From positions 6,417-70,416 of the forward strand of contig JAANOX010000074.1 of NCBI GenBank assembly GCA_020184695.1: DNA of 64,000 nucleotides, given 5' to 3'. The notes below the pieces were generated by a model. The model did no database searches. It was not told the origin of the DNA and saw only the letters and a list, made by a program, of their open reading frames with translations. Positions 20,948 through 30,011 of the stretch are shown here, in pieces. How positions within the stretch are numbered: the first letter of the stretch is position 1; each line of letters begins with the position of its first letter. Origin of the DNA: Histomonas meleagridis 2922-C6/04-290x (taxonomy: Eukaryota; Protista; Parabasalia). Position numbers and translations under genes: made by a program.

Positions 20948-23569
20948 TTAATTTATATCATTGTCACTTGTGTCACTGCTTCCGATGCTTCCTTCGAATT
21001 TGATTTCGTCCGCTTCATCTGATGAATGTGAACTCACTTCCTTCGTATCGTCGATATCGTCGCCATCGTTTTGAGTGTCGCCGCTGATCTGAAGATGGAG
21101 CACAGGACTCCGGTAGTCGAACTTCTGCTCTTCTTCTTCGTCGTCGTCTAAAGTGGAGTCATTGGACTTGGCGTCGGTCCCGTTTTTGGAATCGCTTTCG
21201 TTTGTAATGCTTTGTAACATCTCTTCGAGTTCGTCCGCGTTGAAGATTTCGTTCTTGTCGTCAGTGTCAATGTGAATGTCATCTAACGCTTCTTGGAGCT
21301 TGGCGGTGGACGAAGAGGACGAGCGCGAGTGAGCTGGCGCAGGTGGATTCGCTTCTTTGTCCGATGATGCGTTTTCTGTTTCGTTGTTCTCTTTGCCTTC
21401 TTCTGTTTCCTTCTTTTCGCTGTCTGACGATTTATTGTTTTCATTGCCTTCTTCTGTTTCCTTCTTTTCGCTGTCTGACGAAGAACTCTTTTCTTTATTA
21501 CGTTCTTCACTTATAATTTCGGTCTTTTCCTCAGTTTCTTTCGCGTGTTCGCTTGCTGACGAACTCTTTTCCATAGTTTCTTCTTCGTTATTTTTGTCAA
21601 TAGTTTCTATCTTTTCTTTGTCTGACGAAACACTTTTTTCTTCATTTTCTTTAGCAGGTTCTGTTGCTATCACTTCTTCCATCGCTTCTTTCTTTTCTTT
21701 GTCTGATGATGAACTCTTTTCCTCAAAATGTTCTTCTTCGCCTTTAATTTCTTTCTTTTCATTGTCTGACGATGAAATACTCTTTTCTCTGTTTTCAATT
21801 GTTTTTTCTGTTTCTTTCGTTTCGTTTTCTGATGAAGAACTTTTCTCTTTAGCATGTTCTTCACTTATAATTTCTATCTTTTCGTTGTCTGATGAAGAAC
21901 TTTTCACTTTAGCATGTTCTTCACTTATAATTTCGATCTTTTCGTTGTCTGAAGAAGAACTTTTCACTTTAGCATGTTCTTCACTTATAATTTCGATCTT
22001 TTCGTTGTCTGATGAAGAGCTCTTTTCCTTTACTTCTTCTGTTTTCTCTGTTTCCTTCTTTTCGCTATCTGACGATTTATTATTTTCTTTAACATGTTCT
22101 TCTTCGCCTTTAATTTCTATCTTTTCGTTATCTGACGAAGAACTCTTTTCTTTATTATGTTCTTCACTTATAATTTCGGTCTTTTTCTCAGTTTCTTCTT
22201 TCGCGTGTTCGCTTGCTGACGAACCCTTTTCCTTACTTTCTTCTTCGCTATTTTTGTCAGCAGTTTCTATTTTTTCGCTGTCTGGTGGAGAGCTCTTCTC
22301 TTTAACTTCTTCATCTTTAATTTTGTTCTTTTCGTTGTCTGACAAAATGTTCTTTTCTTCGATATTTTCTTTGTCATTTTCGCTTCTTTCTTTGTCTGAT
22401 GAAGAGCTCTTTTCTTTAACAGTTTCCTTCTTCTCGCTCTCTGATGATGAATTCTTTTCAATAACAGTTTCCTTCTTCTCGCTCTCTGATGATGAATTCT
22501 TTTCTTTAACAGTTTCTTTCTTCTCGCTCTCTGATGATGAATTCTTTTCTTTAACAGTTTCCTTCTTTTCACTATCAGATGAAATACTTTTTTCTTTAAC
22601 ATCTTCTTTATCTGATGAAATACTTTTTTCACTTATTTTAATATCTTTCTTTTCGCCATCAGATGAAATACTCTTTTCATTGTTTACAGTTTCTTTCATT
22701 TGTTCATTATCTGATGATGAACTCTTTTGTTTAACATTTTCTTTTGTTTCTTCTTCTAATAATAATTTGTTATCTTCAATTTTCTCCAATTCTTCAACAA
22801 GTTCTTTCTTCTGTTCGCTATCTGATGATGAAAAGCTTTTCTCCAATTCATTGATCATTTCTTTCTTATCTGTCGATGATGATGACGAAGAACTTTCGCT
22901 GTTTTTGTTGAGGATCAATGGTTCTTCAACATCTGATCGAACAGATATGTCACCGCTTGAAAGAATTTTTGCTTGAGAGTCAAGCGAGCTGCTGTTTTCT
23001 TTTTTGTTTTTAAGTTGTTCTATTTTTTTGTTGTTTTTCTCGATTTGTTTCATTAATGAATTATACTCAAAAGGAGTTATATCAATCTTTAAGATGAAAT
23101 TATCGCCTGGCTTCCATATCTCTTTTGCTTTGAAGTTGGTTATTATGAAATCATTTAAAATATGTGGAAGAAATATATCTTTGGTATCTTTGGCTGAATT
23201 TTTGAGTTGCTGTGTAACGATTTTATCATTGATAACATGAAGAGATGTACCAAAAGCAATAACTGCCATTATTCTAAAATGTTTATATTTTGAAATTGGT
23301 GTTGATAACATTGATAGTGTTTGAAGTTTTGGCAACTCCTTTGCACCACGAAACGAATTAATACCAGTTCCATCAAGTTTTAAAACTCTAAGATGAGGAA
23401 GAAATGATAAACCTTCGAAATTGACAATATTTTCATTATTTGATAAATCAAGAGAAACAATGTTAGAATTAGCTTCAAACATTGGGAAATGTTTTAGCCC
23501 TTTATTTGCAAGCATTCTATAAAAAGATTGATGAGTTGGAAGTTTCTGTTTTTTCGTTGTTTTCTTCAT
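20948..23569 (-). CDS. Leucine-rich-repeat protein with long Ser/Glu/Lys low-complexity repeat tail
   Basis: N-terminal LRRs (LDLSNN, LRVLKLDGT, LQTLSMLSTPI); more than 20 SSS(S)D/E-type repeats. Confidence 0.85.
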   Translation of the reverse strand: MKKTTKKQKLPTHQSFYRMLANKGLKHFPMFEANSNIVSLDLSNNENIVNFEGLSFLPHLRVLKLDGTGINSFRGAKELPKLQTLSMLSTPISKYKHFRIMAVIAFGTSLHVINDKIVTQQLKNSAKDTKDIFLPHILNDFIITNFKAKEIWKPGDNFILKIDITPFEYNSLMKQIEKNNKKIEQLKNKKENSSSLDSQAKILSSGDISVRSDVEEPLILNKNSESSSSSSSTDKKEMINELEKSFSSSDSEQKKELVEELEKIEDNKLLLEEETKENVKQKSSSSDNEQMKETVNNEKSISSDGEKKDIKISEKSISSDKEDVKEKSISSDSEKKETVKEKNSSSESEKKETVKEKNSSSESEKKETVIEKNSSSESEKKETVKEKSSSSDKERSENDKENIEEKNILSDNEKNKIKDEEVKEKSSPPDSEKIETADKNSEEESKEKGSSASEHAKEETEKKTEIISEEHNKEKSSSSDNEKIEIKGEEEHVKENNKSSDSEKKETEKTEEVKEKSSSSDNEKIEIISEEHAKVKSSSSDNEKIEIISEEHAKVKSSSSDNEKIEIISEEHAKEKSSSSENETKETEKTIENREKSISSSDNEKKEIKGEEEHFEEKSSSSDKEKKEAMEEVIATEPAKENEEKSVSSDKEKIETIDKNNEEETMEKSSSASEHAKETEEKTEIISEERNKEKSSSSDSEKKETEEGNENNKSSDSEKKETEEGKENNETENASSDKEANPPAPAHSRSSSSSTAKLQEALDDIHIDTDDKNEIFNADELEEMLQSITNESDSKNGTDAKSNDSTLDDDEEEEQKFDYRSPVLHLQISGDTQNDGDDIDDTKEVSSHSSDEADEIKFEGSIGSSDTSDNDIN
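21830..22015 (-). repeat. Coding tandem repeat, ~3 x 60 bp (SSSSDNEKIEIISEEHAKVK)
   Basis: Near-identical units such as ttttcactttagcatgttcttcacttataatttcgatcttttcgttgtctga repeat at 60-nt spacing; boundaries approximate. Confidence 0.85.
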
Positions 23570-23722
23570 TAATTAAATAAACGGATGACAGTATAATTAA
23601 CGGTCTCTGCGCTGAAAAAGTGGTATTTTGTATACTTTATATTTCTTCAAAAGGACTTAAAAAAACAAAAAAAAATATTTTTATTGATGATTTACTTATT
23701 AAAACAAATTCTATTCGTTATT

Positions 23723-25150
23723 TTAATTAAAATTTATCATGTTAATGAATTCAGAAATGAGTGCTTGATCATTTTCATTCATTCTTTCCAAGAATGCAAT
23801 GTCTTCAAGGATACCTGATTCTTTTAATGCGAAGTTTGTTTTATAATTTCCTAATGGTGCCAACTTAGCAATAATTGTTCCTAAGTCGCCAATGATCAAA
23901 TTTATTATTCTTCCATCATCACTAGAGACTAAAAACTCAATCAAATTATTAATTATTTGTGGATAAGTATCAATTACATTTGCTAAAACTTGTGGCTCTG
24001 AATAAACGCAAATAACGCCGAAAAGTATAATCGCCGAATGTTTCATTCCATAAGTTCCATTATCGAAACATCTTAAAATTAAAGTTATTATCATAGGATT
24101 AAGAAATTTTATAAAAATTTCTTCATTTTTACTACTAATAGCTAGTGTTGACAAAAACCTTAACGCAGTTTCTGTTGTTTTCTTGCTCTTCGATTCCATC
24201 GCTATTTGGAAGAAAACGGTTATGTCAACTTCACTGGGGAATATGTCGCTGTAAGCAGCCTCAGCGTAAATATCAATAAGATCATTCAACGAAGAGCTGT
24301 TGAGCTCAGTTGAATAAAATGAGTGAATACTGTTTAAGAGACCAACCTCTGATAATAGAAAAATTGCTGATTCATATCTTCGAACAGCTGATAATATTAT
24401 CCGAAAAAGTTCCTCTATGCAAGAGGCTGTGTTGTTTGGTGAAACAAAACAATTTTTGATGGATTCAAAAAAAAGTTTGATATCTGTATCTGGGAGTGCG
24501 GTTGAATAATACAAAAGAATGGAAAGAACCTTAGCACGTAATTGTGGTAGGGTTGGTGTTGAAGCATATAAATTTGATAATAAAGGAGGAGGAAAGATTT
24601 TATAGATAGTAAGTAGTAATTCATCATTTTTACATAAAATATTTAAGGTGGTAAAACGTGTTGCATCATAAGTGTCATTCCCTGTAAGTTCGGTAAGAGT
24701 TTTGAAAAGGTTATCAATAAAGTTCTGATTGACTATTAAATTAAAATAATAATCTGATTTATTTAATAATAAATTAATAGTCCCTAATGAAACATTATAG
24801 ATTGGAGAATTGGTAGATAAAGTTAAAGCTGATGATAATAACGGAAGAATTAAATCCAAAAATGGATATGAAATTTCTTTTTTGAACTCAACCTGAGAAA
24901 GTAGCATATGTAGATTAGTTAAAGTTGATAGTGCATCTTCAAATGAAGAATTATTCCATGAAATTAACAATGAATTATAATATTGTTGAATTCTATCTGA
25001 ATAATCTATAACGTTCGGACGATTTGTTGGAGCGAGCCCGGACAAAGATATTTTGCTTTCAGGTTTAATGCTTTCATTTAAGATTTTAATGTCTTTCTCC
25101 ATAACCTTGATTTTAAACGGTTGCTTATAAAAACTGACATTTTTTACCAT
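23723..25150 (-). CDS. ARM-repeat helical protein
   Basis: 475-aa Leu-rich helical ORF with an ARM-like C-terminus (CFDNGTYGMKHSAIILFG). Confidence 0.6.
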   Translation of the reverse strand: MVKNVSFYKQPFKIKVMEKDIKILNESIKPESKISLSGLAPTNRPNVIDYSDRIQQYYNSLLISWNNSSFEDALSTLTNLHMLLSQVEFKKEISYPFLDLILPLLSSALTLSTNSPIYNVSLGTINLLLNKSDYYFNLIVNQNFIDNLFKTLTELTGNDTYDATRFTTLNILCKNDELLLTIYKIFPPPLLSNLYASTPTLPQLRAKVLSILLYYSTALPDTDIKLFFESIKNCFVSPNNTASCIEELFRIILSAVRRYESAIFLLSEVGLLNSIHSFYSTELNSSSLNDLIDIYAEAAYSDIFPSEVDITVFFQIAMESKSKKTTETALRFLSTLAISSKNEEIFIKFLNPMIITLILRCFDNGTYGMKHSAIILFGVICVYSEPQVLANVIDTYPQIINNLIEFLVSSDDGRIINLIIGDLGTIIAKLAPLGNYKTNFALKESGILEDIAFLERMNENDQALISEFINMINFN

Positions 25151-25771
25151 TAAATATGTTGCAAAAAAAAATTCAAGCGCTAGTTACATATGAAATATGT
25201 ATCATTTTTTTTCTTAGTTAAGTGGAATTCGTATAAGGGCTCAAAACACCTGAGTTATGTTGGTGATGTTTCTGATTATTACTGCTTTTGCACATGAATT
25301 AAAAATTTAAAGTAAATTGTTTTAAAGAATCTTTTTTCTGATTAAAATGGAAAAAAAAAAAATAAAAAAGATGTTATTTGGTTTCACCTGTTCTTTTTTG
25401 GGAGATTTTTTGTTTCTAACGTAGTTGGAAATGACATTAATAATATCCCTAATAATCAGAATTGATTTTGGAATATTGCTTTGAGATACTTTGAAATAAA
25501 AATGTTGGGTAATAAATGTTAATATAATCTTCCATTCTGTTCTATCCTATCATACACTTACAAACAGTAAGAAAAACAATTCTTTTTTACCCAAGTTTTG
25601 AAGTTTTTTAAGTGATAGTGATTTAAGTTTAGTCTAAATAATTACAGTTCCAAAATTAAAAGTTATTTATCTCTCCATTAAAAGTGTAATAATAAAACAA
25701 AATACACATCTTTAACAAAGCACAAGCTTATTCAAACTACAAAATTTAGTTTATTAATAATTTTACCAAGA

Positions 25772-28700
25772 TTACATGAAAAATATTTCGTCATAATATG
25801 AGTCATAATTTACATCACCTTGATTTCCTTCTTCAATAGAAAGCATTTTAGCTATTTCTTTATTTGATGCATATTGGCATGCAGACCAAAATATATTAAA
25901 CAATTTCCAAATATTTTTATAAAATCCATAATCATTAAAATAAATTTTGAAATAAACATATAAATATCTTTGGCTGTTAAATCTATTTCATCTTGTTCTA
26001 GAAGTAATTGAATGACTTCTTTGTAGCCATTTTGTGATGCAGACATAAGCGCTGTTTTAAATAATTTAAATAATTTCCAAATATTATTTTAAATTATCAA
26101 ATTATAACAAGAAACTTTTTAATTAAATTTTTAAACATTTTTAGAATTGATATTAATTCCCTTTTGCGCAAGAAGTAATTTAACAATTTTTTTATGTCCA
26201 CATTGTGATGCATACATAAGTGCTGTTTTAAATCATTTATATAATTTCCTGATAATATTTTGAAACTTCAAATTATATAAATAAATCCAAAATGAAATTA
26301 ATGAATATCTTTAGCATTAATATCAATTCCTTTTTGTTCAATAATTAATTTCGCTATTTCTACAAAACCATTATAAGATGCATTCATTAATGCATTACAA
26401 AACACTTTAAATAAATACCAAATATTGTTTTGAAACAGTGAAATATTGAAATGAATATTGATTGAGATAAATTAATATCTTGAGCATTTACATCAATTCC
26501 CCTTTTTTCAAGAAGTAATTTAACTATTTCTGCTTTATCATTTATGACTGCAAGCATAAGTGCAGTATTATGAATTTTGAATAATTTCCAAATACTGTTT
26601 GAAAATATTAAATTATCATGGTAAATATTAGGGGAAATGATGAAACATCTTTAACATTTACATCAATTTCTTTTTGCTCAAGAAGTAATTTAACTATTTC
26701 TTCTTTATCATTTATTACTGCTAGCATAAGTGCAGTATTATGTAATTTAAATAATTTCCAAATACTATTTGAAAAGATCAAATGATTTAAATAGATAGTA
26801 TTTATAGCAAATAAACATTTTTATCATTAATGTTCATATCTTTTTTATTAAGTAGTAATTTTAATATATCTAAATTGAGACTAATAAGAACTGCTTTCAT
26901 AAGTAGTGTGATAAATAATTTGAAAAAATTTTAAATAAAACTATTAATTATTAAATTAATGAAATATTTTTTATAAGAATTTAATAAATATATCTAGTCG
27001 AAATATCAATTCTTTCTTGTTCAAGAAGCATTTTAACTATTTCTATACGTTTAGTTTCTAATGACCACATAAGTGCAGTTACAAATAATTTAAATAATTT
27101 CCAAATATTATTTTGAAATGTTAAATTATCAAAATAAATATTAAATAAAATAAATAAACATTTTTATCATTAATATCAATTCCTTTTTGTTCAAGAAGTA
27201 ATTTAACTATTTCTTTGTGACCGTTTCGAGATGCCATTATCAGTGCTGTACCAAATAATTTAAATAATTTCTATATATTATTTTGGAATGTTAAATTATC
27301 AAAATAAACATTAAATAAAATAAATAAATATCTTTAACATTAATATCAATTCCTTCTTGTTCAAGAAGTAATTTAACGATTTCTGGATAACCATTTTCAG
27401 CTGCATGCGTAAGCGCAGTTTTATATATTTAAAATTATTTCCAAATAATTTTTTTATTCTAAAAATCAATTGAATAAAAATTATATAAATCTAACAAATA
27501 TCCCTAGAATTGATATTGATACCCTTTTTCTCAAGAAGTAATATAACTATTTCAGTATTACCTTTATAAGATGCAATTGTAAGTGCTGTACAATATGTTA
27601 CAATTAATCATTATATATATATTATGAAATATAAAATCATTTTTATAGATTTTATATATAACAAATCAATGTCTTTATCATTGATATTAATTCCATTTTG
27701 TTCAAGAAGTATTTTGACAATATCAGTAAAACCATAATAAGATGCATTTATAAGTGCTGTATTAAATAATATAAAAAAAATTTAAATTGAATATTAAAAC
27801 ATACAAAAATATATTAATAAAATATTTCTTTCATTGATATCAATTGACTTTTGTTCTAATATATATCGAACAAGTTCAATATTCCCCGATTCTATAGAAA
27901 AAACTAAAATATCTTTTGGAAGCTGATTAAATTTTTGAAAATATTTAACCAGAAATAAATTTCCAATTCTTGCTGCTTCATTAAAAATACCATCATTGAT
28001 TGTTAATCCTCTATCTTGTAAAAATGATAAAATTTCATAGTCATGATATAAAATACATTTAATACTTAAACTTTCTATAAAAGAATTCAACTCTTCTAAT
28101 TTATTTTCATAAATATATTTAAAGATATCATTCCTATGGAATTCAATTGCAGTTTCATATGCACCTTCAAATGATGAATGATTTTGTTCACATAAATGAA
28201 TGATTTCTTCATTTCCACCTGCAACTGCATATTTACCTGTTTTATATACATTTGCACCATTCATAAGTAGATATTTAAAACATTTAACTGAAGAAAAAAA
28301 TGCTGTATAATCAATTAATGTAACATTTTCTTGATTAATAAATGAACATATTTCATAAAGTGATTGTTCAATTGTTTGATTAAAATCAAAATTACTTTGT
28401 GATGATATTTCTTGAAGTTTTTCGATTTCATCATTTCGTATTATTTTCGCAATTTCTATTGGATTATGTCCATCCTCAATTAATTGCTTGTGAAGTTTCC
28501 AATTGTCCTTTGAAAGCTTATCATAATTTTCCAAAAAGTTATGACAAAAATTATCATAATATTTATGTTTACTTTCCTCTTCTGTTTTGTAATGTGCAAA
28601 ATATTTTGATTTAATACTTTTTGTAATTTTTGAATCAATTAAGTTTTTTTCAATCATGTTATAAAGAAAATAATATGATTCTTGTGATTTTTTATTTAAA

Positions 28701-28975
28701 ATTGTTTGAACAAAAATATTAAAAATTTGAAATTTGTATTTATTTGATTCCTCTAATTTTTCTATTTCCTTGATAAAATCCAAATATATATTAAAGTCAT
28801 TCAAGCGTGCTACAAATGATGAATATATCATTTGACTTATAATTATATTAAAAGATTCTATATAATTATTATCAATAACTGCCTGAGCAGCTTGAGTAAT
28901 GTTTTCTTTGTTTATATTTGAAATTATTTTCATAGAAAATTGAAGATATTTCCATTCATTGATATTTGGTTGCAT
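25772..28975 (-). CDS. DUF3447-ankyrin gene, locus B: head ORF 28975-27794 plus 12 ankyrin segments separated by non-canonical spacers
   Basis: The head carries the DUF3447-like TLIDYTAFFSSVKCFKYLLMN..YAVAGGNEEIIHLCEQ..AIEFHRNDIF motif. Eleven stop-free 30-31-codon ankyrin segments follow (e.g. 27760-27671, 27589-27500, 27419-27330, 27249-27160, 27079-26990), then a terminal segment ending in TAA at 25774-25772. A single spliced CDS is inferred, not shown. Confidence 0.75.
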
Positions 28976-29107
28976 TGGCTGATAACTCAAATTGATATCA
29001 AGTTGAAAAATATTTTTTACACATTAGGAAACTTTTTGACTGTTTAATTTCTAAAAAAATAAGTAATTTTATTAATCATAAATATTCTTCCATTTTAGTA
29101 AATGGAG

Positions 29108-29180
29108 GGGACTCTAGCTCACCTGGGAGAGCACACGACTGAAGATCGTGAGGTACGTGGTTCGAGTCCGCGGAGTCCCA
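29108..29180 (+). tRNA. trnF: tRNA-Phe (anticodon GAA)
   Basis: Acceptor GGGACTC/GAGTCCC, D-arm GCTC/GAGC, anticodon arm CACGA-CTGAAGA-TCGTG, T-arm CGTGG-TTCGAGT-CCGCG; followed by a T7 Pol III terminator at 29181-29187. Confidence 0.97.
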
Positions 29181-29239
29181 TTTTTTTGATTTTTTGTTCA
29201 ATTTCCATTTGATCCATTAATCCCAAAAATAAACAGACA

Positions 29240-29690
29240 TAATGGCTCTTGCTTTTTCTACCAAAGCATCTATTAGAGTTCAATTAATTTTTTTTACAAT
29301 TCAAAATGCATTTTTAACCATCTAACAAAAATGCTCATTGTCATTCCTTTATGGTAAAGGAAGTTTGTTCACACGCTTTTTACTAAGCAGTTAAAAATAA
29401 ACAGATTTTTTTGTTATCAAGATCTCCATCACAAGAATTACAAAAAATTCAATCATCACCGCCTGAGTAAGAACCCATTATCCCAAGGTATTCATATAAA
29501 GATGTTGGTGGTCTTGAATTTCAAAAAGCAATAGAAATCGCAATTAGAAATTCAAAGGAACATGAATGGTTTCTTGTAATTCAAAGTCACTTTGATGATG
29601 CTGTAGGTGTAATCATAGAATCTAAAACGAAAGTTAATGCCAGGCCAAAAGTTCAAATTCCTTTTATTGAATAAATATGAATATTAAATG
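29240..29690 (+). pseudogene. Degraded coding remnant, possibly AAA-ATPase-related
   Basis: Broken frames; one reads IPRYSYKDVGGLEFQKAIEIAIR, similar to the YxDIGGL that precedes AAA modules. No Walker A seen. Confidence 0.25.
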
Positions 29691-30011
29691 AAATATTCAG
29701 ATCACTAAACTTCCATTATATAATGAAGGTGTTAACTTTTTTATGTTTGTGATTGCAAAATTCTGATGCATGAGTAGTAAATATTTTTGGAAGAATTATA
29801 CTCAAAAAAGGGGTACGATAATTTAAGGTTATGTGATAAGAGTGTGCAATAAAACCAGCTTTTGTTGTTGGGATCATGGATAATGTTGATGTTAATAACA
29901 TCGAATACTTTAGTCGAACATTAGATTGCTTAGATGTTCATGTGCGTAACCCAATCTACTGTAGATCTAACGGTTGTATCGTTTGACAAGGTACCCCGTT
30001 TATAAGCACCA

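Noticed and set aside
21357-22976. 539-aa antisense ORF rich in Ser/Phe/Leu
   Set aside because: Shadow of the Glu/Lys/Ser repeat gene on the opposite strand; low complexity explains the lack of stops.
25772-27823. Interpreting the ~170-nt periodic arrays as CRISPR or plain satellite DNA
   Set aside because: Eukaryotic context, no cas genes, no identical repeats; the conserved half of each unit encodes ankyrin repeats in frame.
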